A stretch of 64,000 bases of DNA, taken from assembly GCF_009914755.1 (NCBI RefSeq), contig NC_060927.1; one strand, given 5' to 3'. Below the pieces are notes generated by a model. The model had not been told where the DNA came from. It searched no databases and was given only the letters and a program-made list of their open reading frames with translations. The translations under genes and the position numbers were made by a program. Position 1 is the stretch's first letter; the number at the start of each line of letters is the position of its first letter. Positions 1 through 22,900 of the stretch are shown here, piece after piece. Source of the DNA: the human T2T-CHM13v2.0 reference genome, Homo sapiens.

Positions 1-750
1 TACGGAACATAATGGGGAGGGAAATTCTCCCTCTGGGCAATACTTTAAAAAAGACCACTGGTTGTTCATTTTGCCTGGAAAGAAAGATGTTTACAGGTAG
101 AGATCTATGCTGATTTATGGGAGGTAGCTAATGATTTGGCTGGATGGTCAGGGATTTAGAAGGAACAAGACTAAGAGATTGGTGGCTATAAGGTCTGGAA
201 AAGGGATTTGTAGATAGTCCTTTTGGAATGGGCACAGCGTGAGGATATCTGTATGCTGTGTGAATGCTTGCCTTAAGATGCCCACAGCAGGCAAGGCTTT
301 TAATAATCTGATGGACAAGATGAGCTATAGATGTCAGCAGCCTCTTTCCCTAGCCACACCTGGTGAACAAACGAAGTGGCTATGGTGACAAGGATGAAGT
401 TTTTGCATGTTCTCAACAACAACGATTTCTCTTCTCCAAGACTGGCCTGCCCAACCTACCAATAGCAAAGACCCTAATATAACATCAATCCCCAGAGGGA
501 CTAACTGGACACTTTGTGGCAGGTGGATTACACTGGACCCCTTTCATCATGGCAGGAGCAGCTATTTTTTTTTTTTTAAGATGGAGTCTCGCTCTGTCAC
601 CCAGGCTGGAGTGCAGTGGCACGATCTCGGCTCACTGAAAGGGGAGCAGTTATTTTTATATTTACTGGAATATGTGCCTGCCCTGCTTGCAATACTTCTG
701 CCAGCTCCACCATCCATGGCTTTACCCATTGTTATGGTATCTGCATAGCA
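1..750 (+). mobile_element. ERV-L internal (pol RNase H/integrase) fossil
   Basis: Degenerate translation LVVHFAWKE..VEIYADLWEVANDLAGWSG and WQVDYTGPL matches ERV-L RNase H and integrase motifs; contains stops and frameshifts. Confidence 0.8.
565..637 (-). mobile_element. Heavily 5'-truncated Alu (3' end only)
   Basis: poly-T then AGATGGAGTCTCGCTCTGTCACCCAGGCTGGAGTGCAGTGG; flanked by diverged TSD GGAGCAG(C/T)TATTTT. Confidence 0.9.
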
Positions 751-1694
751 TAGGTTAATTGCAAGTGGTGGAGATTGACTACATGCCTATATTCTAGGGC
801 AAATAACCCTTGGCTGATACCATGGGATGTATTAACTAAGACTGATGTTCTGTACCCTTGGGTCAGTGAGTTACTTTGGAACAAGATGAATCAGCATGCC
901 AGAATAATTGGACTGATAGTTTGCACCTGGTTTTGGTGGAGCCTTGGAAGGGGGATTTCAATTATTAAGGCTGGCCACATAGCTACAGCATGCTTATATG
1001 ACCAGCTCATTTTAAGATACCCCAACCACAACCAGGTTCTCCGCTACCGAGATGTTTGACATACGTACCCATGGTAATAAGAGACCTGGAGACAATACAT
1101 GTCCAGTGTGACCCAGCATTGTGAGGATAAAGAAGTCTGCACCTGAGCTATCTGGGCCCCTTTCAATGCATATCCATTTTCTGCTACTATTGTACTGTAT
1201 GTACAGATGTCTATTCAATAGTCAAATGAAACATATAACAGGTATTTTTGTATGTGAATTTGGAGTTTGAGGGAAATATTGGGGAAGAAATATATACATA
1301 TTTAGAAGTCATAAAAACACTGATGTTATTTGAAACTATAGGAGTAGATGAAAACAGAAAAGAAATCTGAGGACTGAGCCGAGGTCCCTCCAACATTGAC
1401 CAGGAAGAGGAGGGGACACCAATAAAGGAGCTCAAGGAGTAGTGACCAGAAAGAGGGGAGACACCAGGAATATAGGTGGCCCAAAAGACAGTGAATCTGG
1501 TGTTTCAAGGAGGGAATGATCAATCATGTCAAATGCTGCTGAGGGCTAAGATGTGGACTAAGAATTGATCACAGCATTTTGCAATATGAGACCATAATAC
1601 TTATAATAAACATGCTTCCAATAAAGTGGATTGAACAGAGAGGGGAAGGTAATACAGAGAAGAGAGGAAACTTGGATACGTTTTTTGAGGAATT

Positions 1695-1827
1695 TTTAAA
1701 GAAATGGTAGGAAATCAGAAGCCGAGAGAGATTGTTTTAAGTGGGAGATATTACAATATCAGTTTTAAGAAATGGTAGGAAATCAGAGGCCGAGAGAGAT
1801 TGCCTTAAGTAGGAGATATTACAATAT
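1695..1827. repeat. 68-bp tandem duplication (2 copies)
   Basis: GAAATGGTAGGAAATCAGA...GAGATATTACAATAT at 1701 and 1769. Confidence 0.9.
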
Positions 1828-1895
1828 GTTTTTTTGATGGTGTAAGCAATCAAGCAGGGAGGGAGAAAGTGATAGTATATTATCACTTCTCTCTC

Positions 1896-2190
1896 TTTTT
1901 TTTTTTTTTCTGAGATGGAGTCTCACTCTGTCACCCAGGCTAGAGTGCAGTGGTGCGATCTCACTACAACCTCTGCCCCTGGGCTTAATCGATCCTCCCA
2001 CCTCAGCCTCCCAAGTAGCTGGGACTACAGTGCACACCACCACACCCAACTAACTTTTTGTATTTTTTTTTGTAGAGACAGGGTTTCGCCATGTTGCCCA
2101 GGCTGGTCTTGAACTCTTGGCCTCAAGTGATTGGCTTGCCTTGGCCTCCCAAAGTGTTGGCATTACAGGCATGAGCCACTGCACCTGGCC
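1896..2190 (-). mobile_element. Alu (AluJ-like)
   Basis: Full dimeric Alu in antisense with poly-T head. Confidence 0.93.
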
Positions 2191-3356
2191 TATCAGTGAG
2201 ACAAGGCAAGGGAAATTGAGATCCAGGAACCAAGTGGAGAGGCCTGCCTTAGCTGGGAGCACCCGCAGTTCATAACCACATGGGGAATGGCAGAGTGTGG
2301 GGGTAGACAGATGTGGGGATGGGGCTGCAGATGGTCTTATCTGATGGCTTCTATTTCCTCAGTGAACTAGGAAGCAGCAGCAGCAGCTAAAGGTGAATGA
2401 AGAAGGAGGTGTGGGAGAGTTAAAGAGAGAGGAGAAAGCATGAAACAGTCATCTAAGAGGTCAGAAATGTAAAGGTGCACTTGATAATGGTTTTTAAGAA
2501 TTTAAAGTGACACTAGTCAACAGGATTTTGTGGGATTTTTTCTTCTTTAAATATGTACAGCTACTTGGGTGCAAACACAAAATAGGTAAAGTTGGTTGTA
2601 ACCAGGATTGGGCAGCCAGGTGAGTATGTCGGAGGGAAGAGCACAGGGGATGAGGGTGCATGCATGACATCATTATGATGGTGGCTGTGGAATCTAAGCC
2701 AGGGCAGGAGAGAAGTGAGGACATGAGGTGAGAGACAGTGTGAGGGTGATAGGACCAATCCTTAGAGATTCCAGTGGAGCCAAAGAATTATTGGCATCAG
2801 AGAGCTGCTTGAGGGATGCAATGGAAAGATATGAGGTGGCGTTCAAAGAGTGGGGTCTTAGAATTGAGATTTTTAAGGTGGTGGAGTTACTAGTAATGGC
2901 AAGGCTGATAGGCTGAAGTGAAGTGGAGGACAAGATCTTTCCAGGTGATGAACTCAAGGAACCAAGATGCCAGGGTGCTGGTGACTTGCCTAAATAAATA
3001 CTGAAGCCACCAAGAATGATGACTCCAGTAGTGGTGGAAAAATAGTGAGCCAAAAGCCAAAATCTTCAGTGAATGAGGGGCAGGAACAGGAGAATGCAGG
3101 AGGAACACTTGCTTCAAAGGAGCTAGAGCACTTCAGGGAGGAAGGAGGAAGCAGCAATGGGGAGCAGAGGCTGCCTGGCTCACCTTTAGCTCAGAAGTGT
3201 GCAGGGTTTGAAATACAAAGCAAAACCAGCCACAACTTAGGGACAATCGTGGAAAGCAGTGTCCTGAGTGTGCATGAGATGCAATCTTCTTACTCCAGTA
3301 AGGGACTTGGACAGGCTATGCTGCAGGATACACATGGCACCAGACGTGTGCGCGTG

Positions 3357-3384
3357 CACACACACACACACACACACACACACA
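3357..3384. repeat. (CA)n microsatellite
   Basis: Direct reading. Confidence 0.95.
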
Positions 3385-3684
3385 ACCAGGCCCTCCTGGT
3401 GGCAGATCTGTAGCAGCGTTTTTACTCATAAAGTCAGCATGGTGCTGGGAAGCAGGCGAAGGGCCCAGAAATCAGAAGACCCCCATGGCCTCACTGCTGC
3501 CCGCTCAACATCACCACTGTATAGCTAGCGCAGCCAGGGTCACTCACTTTGTTGCGGTAGGAAAAATGAGGCTCAAGGAATTAACTGGCTCAATGATAAG
3601 TGGCAGAGCCAGGAACGATCCCTGTGACTTCCGACATTTTCCAACTCTGTACTCTTTGCACTAGCCGGTTTCTTCCAAGTTTCC

Positions 3685-4155
<471 letters not shown>

Positions 4156-5804
4156 AGATTTCCACACTGTCTTCTCGATTTATTTTGTGCAGTTGAGAAA
4201 ATTCACTCAATTTCCCAGCCTGTGAACTGGGCACCAACACGATGACCATTGTCCTGCACTAGTTGCCTAATATCTCTTAAGTGCAGCATCTTAATTAAAA
4301 AACTAGAGACCCAATTTTCCAGCTAATGGAGTAGAAAATTAATACCAATATAGTACCAGGGTTTGGAAGGGAGCTCTGTGTGGAGATATAGGTTTTGAGG
4401 AGATACCAATCCCAACTTCATCACTTACCAAACTGGAGTAAAGCCACATTATTTAGCCCTAAGCCTCAATTTCACCATCTGTAATATGGGTATATTTCAT
4501 AAGTACCTTAGGAGGTTTTGCAAGGCTTGGAAATATCGTGTAAAGGTCTGTGTAATATTTATATGGTTGGAGTTAATATGATAGCTGCTGGTAACAGAAG
4601 TAATAATAATAGGAGTTGTTGTTATTGAGATTTCCTAATCCAGCTTGGATCATTCTGTAAACCAGACAAGGAGATCTGCCCCCAGAATGAGTGCTCACTG
4701 GAACACCCATTATCAGTGGGCTTGGGCAACCCGAGAGAGGCTGTTCCAATCAATACACTAACATTTGCTTTGTCCTCATGCCTCACGCCCATGTTGACAC
4801 AAGTGCCCATTAGAGGATGGTGAGCCGCAGCAGAAGCAATGGGCTGGAAAGAGGCGGCAGCGCGCTGGATTTGGCACTCGAGGAGATAGTGTTTTCATCA
4901 ATTGCAGGTTATTAATTCTGGGTTAAGATTGGATTGAGGTCATGTGCATTATCGTTCTTGGACCTACCCTCGGAAGCAATGTGGGGTTCCCAGCTCAATA
5001 AAAAAGTTGATCAAAGCTTCACATTGATCTCAACTGCAAGTGCCACTGCCAGTAATTTTACTGTATGATTCATGCTGTGTGGTTGGGGAATATAGAATAC
5101 CCTCTTCTCTAGAGAGGAGGGAAAGCCATACAAAACTGTTTGATTAAGCTCAACAGTCGTTACTGAACTTGAGTAAAAGTTCTGTCTCTGAAATTCTAAC
5201 TTACAGCCATTTCTTCCTTCTGAAAGTAACCAAGGTTAAGACAAAAAGAAAGGCTGAATTGATTTGGATCTTGCCTGCCTTTCACGTAGCCACTTTTTAC
5301 CTAATTTCTTCAATTTTTTTCTAAATTACAAAGAGTAACAATAAAGAGTTATATACATCATAGTTTGTCTATATAATGGAAAGCTGTGCCGTTGTTAAAA
5401 ATGGTGCTAGGATCCCTGCTGTAGACCTGGAAATATTAGATCACAAAATATTGAGTGAAAAAAGGAAGATACAAAACTGTATGTTTAGTAGTAGTCCATG
5501 TCTGTAAGGGGAAAAATGTGCACACACACGAAAGCAGGGAAGATATACACACGAAAAGTTTCTTTTCCTAAGTCAGGATTGCCCACTTTAGCAACATGAC
5601 AATGATGAAAACTTCTGTTTCCAGTGAGGGGATATTCTTAATTTCCTTTTTTATGACTACTTATGCTACCCAGGTTTTCTTCATTAAATATATGTTGTTG
5701 GGGTAATTTTTAAAATGTGAGAAATAAAAAGGGGCAGCCCCAAACAGGGACTTCAGCACTCTTTGTAATGGTTTTTAAAATGGCAATACCTAAAGATCTA
5801 ACAT

Positions 5805-6107
<303 letters not shown>

Positions 6108-7118
6108 CATCTAAGAGTAGAGCAAAAGTTAAATAAAATATGGTGTGTCATATACTGAAATACTCACTGGCACTAAAATTTCACTTTGAAGAACTACAAC
6201 ACCATGGTGAAGCACATGTGACTGACAGGCTTTCTCCATACTACTCTAGTTCTTTTCTTCCTGTATGAGGACTGAAAGGTGAAGAACTATGTTCTCCAAC
6301 CCCCATGATGGTGTGGGTCCCATAGGTGACCTGACCTGCTGAGCAGATACCTGTGCTCTTGCTGCTGCTGCTACCAGATCTCAGGCAGGTGTGTCCAGGA
6401 AGCCCAGGCTGACAGCTGTACTCCATCCCATGAAATAAGCTGTAAGCCACTAAGCTTTTAAAATAAGCCCCTTGCTACTTAAAGTTGAAACAGATGTAGG
6501 GGAAAAGTGTCTTACCTTATTTGTTTGTTTTCTTTCTAAAAAGTCAGATGCAAAACTCTCTAACTACAACATTATCATGGCATTTTTGAAAAAGAATAAA
6601 AACCCTATACAGAAAAAAGATCAGCAGGAAATGCAACCAAAACATAACAGCAATTGTCTTTGAGTACTGAGATTATAGGAAAATTTTTCTCCTTTTTAAC
6701 ATTTCTGTATTTTCCCAAATTTCTCTAATGCAAATATGTGTTATTTATAACTTTCAGAGACTTTTTATAAGAAATGAGCAACTGTCATTTGATTCCCTTC
6801 ATAGACGTGCAAAGAGGATTCTGTGGTCTCTCCCTTCCCCGTGTGTCCCAGTGTGGACACGCCTTGGCTGAAGGCCCTGCTTGTGCCAGCCTCTCTTCCT
6901 CTCTTCTTTCCTCTTTGGTTCCACTGTACCTGTTCTTCCTTTTCCTGTTTAGTATTGACATTCATGGACACATCTTGTTTTTCAGATAATTTCCTTCCTT
7001 CAATTCCTCCATATGAGATTAAATAATAATAAATCACAATAATAGTAAATAATGGTGATTACAGAAATAATCATAATCAAAGCAGAGACCTTTGGCCCAA
7101 GTTGAGTAACTAGTTTGG

Positions 7119-7124
7119 TTTATT
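7119..7124 (-). terminator. Polyadenylation signal AATAAA of LYZL4
   Basis: TTTATT on + strand ~160 nt past the stop codon, followed on the minus strand by T-rich sequence. Confidence 0.75.
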
Positions 7125-7283
7125 CTGCATCCTGCATCCCCGGATGAAGCAAACTTTTGTCTTTTTCCATCTGGAACTCTTAAAGTGGTGAGATCATCAA
7201 AAGGATTGACTGAAGCAGCAAGCAGAAAAGCACCTTCATTCACAAGATGCAACTGGTGAGTGCTGCAGGGGCCATGCAGGCGG

Positions 7284-17274
<9,991 letters not shown>

Positions 17275-18789
17275 CTTCTCCAGGCTCCTGGCAGGTCAGG
17301 GCAACGGTGGCCAGATGAGTGGGTGGAGTCACAGGGACACTGGTTCTCTGAAGGGAAAGAAGGGCACTGTGGGGGTGGGGGTGGAGCACAGTTCAGTGTC
17401 ATCAGAAAAATGGGAGTCTCACCTGGTAAGCCATGACACTTCTTCCCATCCTAATTCTCTGCTTCGTGTCACTGCAAATCTGGGACACCTGAAACTCTGC
17501 CCCTTCTCCTCCTCTTGACCTCCTATTTTCTAAGGAAATTGCACTCTTGAGGCCCCCTCCCAACCCCAATTCTTTCCATCCAGCAAAACCCATTGGCTCC
17601 TTCTGGGTTTGTATCTCACTCATTTCACTCTGACATTAGATACAGATGCTCAAGACCTTTCTTCCCTTTATTGTAAAAGTAGACTTTGGTGATTAAATAC
17701 ATCTTGGAAAACAGAAAAGAGAAATTAAAAAAAAAAAAAGCATCATGGCCCCACCACTGCAGCAGAACCACTACCGACCTGTTGAATTATGTCCATTACT
17801 GCCTCTTATGCGTCTTATTCCCAGTTGTGTCTTTGTCCTTTACACAGTCTTGTCCCCAGATTTTCTACAAACCAAACTCCCCTGAGTTTTTCCCTGCCGT
17901 CCACGCAATGAGACAAGCCCAGACCTGCCACATACTAGCCAGACAACAGACAAGTCATTTAGCTTTACAGTGCTTCTGCTTCCTTATCTTTAAAAGTGGG
18001 GTCACTTGGGAGGGGAGCGCACTCAGAGAATGGACTCTTGAGTTTAACCTTCTCCATTTCTTTTCCATTTTAAGTGGCTGCCACCATCTAAACCCACCAC
18101 CTCCTCACAGCAAGCTGAGTCATAGCCCAGCCTTCTCATCTCCAACCCCCCGGGCCAACTCATGCAGGTGGTGTTTTCTACCATGACTGAGGAATGTCCC
18201 CAAAGCAGGTACAAAATATCACTTGGAGAACACTGCTAATCCCCTCTTCTTACCACAGCAAACCCACACTTGGCTTTCCAAGCCCTCCATGATCTGGCTT
18301 TACCCCATCCACCCTTTATCAGGACGAATCTATTAAGTAAACTCGGAATTCTCATGGCACTCCCTCTCTGGATGCCTCTGCACCTCCCCACTCCATTCTC
18401 CCGGGAGCTGTGCCCTCATGCATGGTTCTTCCCAATGCACAGGGCCCTACCATGCCTTTCCCCATTCAAATGTTGCTGCATCTTGAGGCCTCACCCCGGG
18501 TGCCAACTTCTTGAATCCTGATGGATCCTCCATAAAAGTTCCATTTTCCCTCTGAGCCCCTATTGCTCTCAGAGTCTCTTCCATGACACACTGCAGATGA
18601 TTGTCCTGTTTTGTGCTCTGTCCCATTCCTCAGACTAGAATGTGCAATTGGAAATTGGAACTCATCTTCCTCCTGGAATACCCCATAGCCCCTAGCACTC
18701 CATCGTTATATATCAATTGGACAATTCATTGCACCCTCCTGTTTGTCACCGTTCACAGGTGCATGTCTTCCTGGCTGTATACACCTACA

Positions 18790-18960
18790 CCGGGGGTTCT
18801 CAACCTTGGCACTTGGGCTGGAATATGCTTAGTTCTGGGAACATCCTGTGCATTGGATTGTTTAGGAGTACACCTGGCCTCTAGATGCTAGTAGCTCTGC
18901 CTCCAAATTATGTCAGACAAAAATGTTCCTATGGGACAAAATTGCCCCCTGTTGAGAAAT
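18790..18960 (+). mobile_element. MER20 hAT DNA transposon
   Basis: GGTTCTCAACCTTGGCAC...TGGCCTCTA..GATGCTAGTAGC...CAAAATTGCCCCCTGTTGAGAA. Confidence 0.75.
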
Positions 18961-19104
18961 GTCTAACTTGGGCAAAAGTTAGAAATAAGTGTATTCATGA
19001 ATTAGAAGAATCATACTTTCAAACGTTTGTTCAAACTCTCAAGCTGTATGATTAGTTGCAGACATGACCAGTACACCAAATACAGTATCTAGGAGGGCCT
19101 TGCA

Positions 19105-19320
19105 TTTAAGAGCTCAGACTTGGGAATCAGATTGCCTGGGTCCAAGTTCCAGCTTTACCCCTCAGTGGCTGAGATATCAGTGATCCCAGCAGTAATCTTA
19201 GACAAATTGCTCAACCTCTTGATTCCTCAGTTTCCTCATCTGTAACACAGATTAAAACAGTACTTAATTAATTGTGTTGATTTGAAGAGTAAGTGAATTA
19301 AATATGCACAGCACTAGATT
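19105..19320 (+). mobile_element. MIR
   Basis: CCTCAGTTTCCTCATCTGTAA core. Confidence 0.8.
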
Positions 19321-19382
19321 TTACTTGTATGGACATTTTTCTTAGCTCTGGTTGCACCCCTGCCCTTTTATACTGATGTATC

Positions 19383-19438
19383 AAACCTGTACATTGTGCA
19401 CATGTACCCTGGAACTTAAATTATAATAATTTAAAAAA
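19383..19438 (+). mobile_element. L1PA extreme 3' end fragment
   Basis: AAACCTGTACATTGTGCACATGTACCCTGGAACTTAAA + A tail. Confidence 0.8.
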
Positions 19439-19439
19439 G

Positions 19440-20315
19440 TGAATCTCAATGCATGTTTCATTTCCCAACAGAGCAAACAACATTTTCTGGTAATGTCTGT
19501 CTTCCACAGGGCAGGCATCATCTCAACTCGTAGAAGGCATACTGAGTCCTCTCCTCCCCTCTCCCCCAGAAGCCAGTTCATCAGGTTCATCAGGGTGTGC
19601 CATCTACAGTTCTTCCAGAACCTATTCGCCTCTCATCTTTTCTGCCATCATCCTAATCCAGACCACCATCACCTCTAAGGTGGAGACTTTCTAACTACAC
19701 TCCTCTACTACATACTCCTCTCTGTTCCCCTAAACCCACTGCCCACACAGCAGTTGGAAAGGCATTTTATAAAGCATGTGTCCAGTCACATCACTAATCT
19801 CCAGTGGATTCCCCTTGCACTTTGAATAAGGTCCCAACTCCTCAACCTGGCTGACAAGACTTTCTGATGCAGCCACTGAGCACCTCTCCAGTCTGAATTT
19901 ACATCACTCTCTCCTTTGTTCACCTTCACTCTGCCATAGTCATCTTGCACATTTCTTTTCCTTGAATATGCCAATTTCATTCCCACCACAGGTCCTTTGC
20001 ACCAGCCATTCCTTCTACCTGGAACATGACTGCCCTGACCACCACATACGAGCTCACTACCTCAAAGAAGATTCCTTGATCACTGCCCCATCAAAGAAGA
20101 CGGTCTTTATTTTCTTCATACCATTAATCAATATCAGGAATTCCATTGCTCATTTATCTGTTCACTTGCTTATTTTCTCTCTCCCATACCTGAGTGTAAG
20201 CACCAGGAATGCAGAAACCTGGTCTGGTTTTTTCTCTTCATTATCCCCAGAACTCAGAACAGAACCTAATACAGAGTAGGTGCTCAATGAAACTTTGTTG
20301 AATGAATGAATGAAC
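19440..20315 (+). mobile_element. L2 (L2a-like) with intact 3' end
   Basis: Ends CAGAGTAGGTGCTCAAT...TTGTTGAATGAATGAATGAA. Confidence 0.85.
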
Positions 20316-20439
20316 AAAAACCTCCTCTTCCCAACTGAACTGTCATCAAATAAGCAATAAGTGAATTTGCTGATGAGCTTCTCCTGCAGCTGGGTATTGT
20401 CATGCCCGTTACCCTCCTGCCCACCATATACCCGCCTAC

Positions 20440-20620
20440 CAGTCCACCAGCCCTTCCAAAGGCTGGCTTTTGGTGCCTTTCCAAGGGGAGGGGAAGAACA
20501 GCCACTGCAGCAGCTTCGACGTGTGTTGCAGGGAAGTTGCTCCACCTACATTTGGTTCCTTGGGTTTTTCAGATGCTACTTCATTAATCATCCACTTGTC
20601 TGCACCCAAGAGTTCTCCAT
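20440..20620 (-). other. LYZL4: Probable non-coding exon 1 (5'UTR) of LYZL4
   Basis: Donor CTG|GTAGGC at 20439 in a repeat-free island between an L2 3' end and an MLT1 LTR. The first coding exon has acceptor-like sequences upstream of the ATG (CACAG| at 17367, TTTCCCTTCAG| at 17348), which implies an upstream exon. 5' boundary approximate. Confidence 0.6.
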
Positions 20621-20646
20621 GACATGCTCTTCTAGAATCCTTTCTA

Positions 20647-20667
20647 TGACATCAGTTGCTATGCACC
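20647..20667 (-). promoter_or_regulatory. Candidate LYZL4 proximal promoter: CRE-like TGACATCA adjacent to X-box-like GTTGCTATGCACC
   Basis: Motifs read directly, just upstream of the inferred exon 1; resemble CREM and RFX sites typical of spermatid promoters. Confidence 0.4.
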
Positions 20668-20707
20668 AGGATATTCTGAAAAAGGGAGGGTCTGTCACTG
20701 TCACATT

Positions 20708-21853
20708 TGTATTAGTTTTCTATTGCTGCTGAAATACATTACCACAAATTTAGTGGCTTAAACAACACAATTTATTATCTTAAAGTTCTATAGCCCTGAA
20801 GTCAGAAATGGGTCTCACAGGCCTAAAATTAAGGTGTCAGCAGGGCTGTGCTCCTTCCCAAAGGCTTTAGAAGAGGATTCATTCCCTTGCTCATTGAGGT
20901 TGTTGGCAGAATAAAGTTTCTGCAGTCACAGGGCTGAGTTCCCTGTTTCCTTGCTGGCTGTCGGCTAAGGGCCATTCCCAGCTGCTAAGCACTGTCTGCA
21001 TTTCTTAGCTCTGTTGCCTTCCTCTATCTTCAAAGCCAGCAAGGGTGAGTCAAACCCTCTCACACTTTGAATTTCTCTTGCCTCTTCTTCTGTCATTGTA
21101 TCTTTCTGACCCTCTTTTCTTCCTCCCCTTCCCTGTCTAAGGACTCATGATTAGATTGGTCCAGCCGGACCATCTAGGATAACCTCTGCTTCTCAAAGTC
21201 TTTAACCTTAAACACATCTGCAAAGTCTCTTTTGCCATGCAAACTAACACATTCAGAGGTTCCAGGGGTGAGTGTTACCGAACAAAAGTGATTCAATGCA
21301 TTGGAAGCCAACGCTATGACACTGGGTGTTTGAGAAAAGGCTTTTTATTGAAATATAAATATTTAATTTTAAATATATAATCAATATATTGTCGATTTTC
21401 AAGGAGACAGCAGTGTCAACCTCAAATCTGTCTCCTGTGATGCAGTATTTTTATTAGAAAAAGTTTAGGGGATTCTAAGATTAGTAGGTGATTTGGTGGA
21501 AGAAAGGGAAGGGCTGGAAAGTCCTGGGTCATATGCAGTTATCTCTTCATACTATTTTATGGGTCCCCTGGGCAATTATGGGGAAAGTTAGTATAAAGCA
21601 CATGGTGGAAATTTAGTCTGTGACATCAGCAAGCTGGTTCTGCCTAGACTCTGGTCGGCCATCTTGGTTCCAGCTGATTTCAGCCAGTTCTTATATCTCA
21701 TAAGCAGAGGGAGTTTCAGTATTTCAGCAAGTTGTTTCTTTTCTTACCTGCCATCCTGCAAACTCAAGAATTTCTGTTAGTCATTGGTTTTTTTAACTCT
21801 TTGGGGCATGGCTTCATTAGGACACCTTTGGGAGATCAGTATTCTGCCTGCTA
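20708..21853 (-). mobile_element. MLT1 (MaLR) LTR, interrupted by a second LTR
   Basis: TGTATTAGTTTTCTATTGCTGCT...ACCACAAATTTAGTGGCTTAAACAACAC; resumes after 21816 to ATTCTGCCTGCTACA. Confidence 0.85.
21273..21816 (-). mobile_element. ERV1-class solo LTR (family uncertain, MER89/LTR54-like)
   Basis: TG...CA termini, minus-strand AATAAA, ~4-bp TSD T(G/T)AG, splits the MLT1. Confidence 0.6.
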
Positions 21854-22367
21854 CAGCATTCTTCCGGGCCCTCATAGGACTGCCTTCTAGGTGGAACAGT
21901 GGGAGAAGCCCTTATGTAGCTTTCCTAGTCACCAGAGGGCCATGGTCAAAGACATCCTCTCTTGGGGCCTGGGCATCTTCATCTGTGACTTGAGGGCATC
22001 AGACTGGGTTATCTTTAAGGTCCTTTTCAGCTCCAAAAGTTAAGAGATATTGAGATGATTGAGGGCAAATTGGCCTTTTGAAAACACATTAGTCTGTCTG
22101 GCTGACTCAATTAGAACTGGTAATTAGTCGATTAATTGAAAATTAATAATGTAAAGAATCATAAAAGAAAAACTAAAACCAGGCCATAAACGCTGAGGCT
22201 TAAATCCATACATGCCTATTTTCTCAACAGTCTTTAGTGTTGGCTCAGCTGGAGGCTGGTTGGCAGAAAACTAAGGTGTTTTCACAGAAATCAGTTAATC
22301 GAGAAACATTCCATCTGCAGAAACTCCCACCTCTGAAGGCATAATAGTGGAAATATTCTCCTCATCC

Positions 22368-22900
22368 ACAGCGGTAGACAGTTTGAAAAAAAAAAAAAAG
22401 GCCACAATTTTACAGTCTTCTCTGTATCTGTGCCCCTTGGCTTTGCAACTTAGCTGCTCCCATCAAGGGATGCCATCCACTCCCCACCCCAGGGGTTGGG
22501 TTGGCCTGTCTTGCTCTGACAATAGATCACAGTGGAATGAGGTAGTACTAATCCTAGGCCTCAGGAAGCCTGATGGCCTCTGCTCACCCTGAGCTCTGCC
22601 ACCACCACATGAACATGCCTGGCCTCATCTTGCAAGAAATGAGTGGCACCAGTCACCCCTATTGCTACAGTGGATGACAGTTAACTGCCACACATGGAAG
22701 ATCACCCTAGGCTGGCCAGCCCCCAGCTGACCATAGATACATGAATGATGACAGCCATGATCAATCAAGTCCAGTCAAGATAAGCAGAAGTGTCCAGTTG
22801 ACCCTCAGCCTAGTAAGCAATGATGAATATTTCTTGCATTTAGCCACTGTTGTAAGTCTGGGGTGAGGAGGTTGTTACACAGCAATTGATAACGGACACA
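22368..22900 (+). mobile_element. MLT1 (F-like) LTR
   Basis: GGCCACAATT...TTAGCCACTG...TTGTTACACAGCAATTGATAACGGACACA. Confidence 0.75.

Larger units (their letters stand above)
1205..3300 (-). mobile_element. Long L2 LINE remnant including ORF2 endonuclease region
   Basis: L2-like purine-rich + strand; ORF fragments VIILGGFSIYL and STLASWFLEF...DLVLHFTSA resemble the L2 APE domain; interrupted by an Alu. Confidence 0.7.

Noticed and set aside
407-748. 113-aa ORF
   Set aside because: Chimera of out-of-frame ERV-L pol and an antisense Alu stub.
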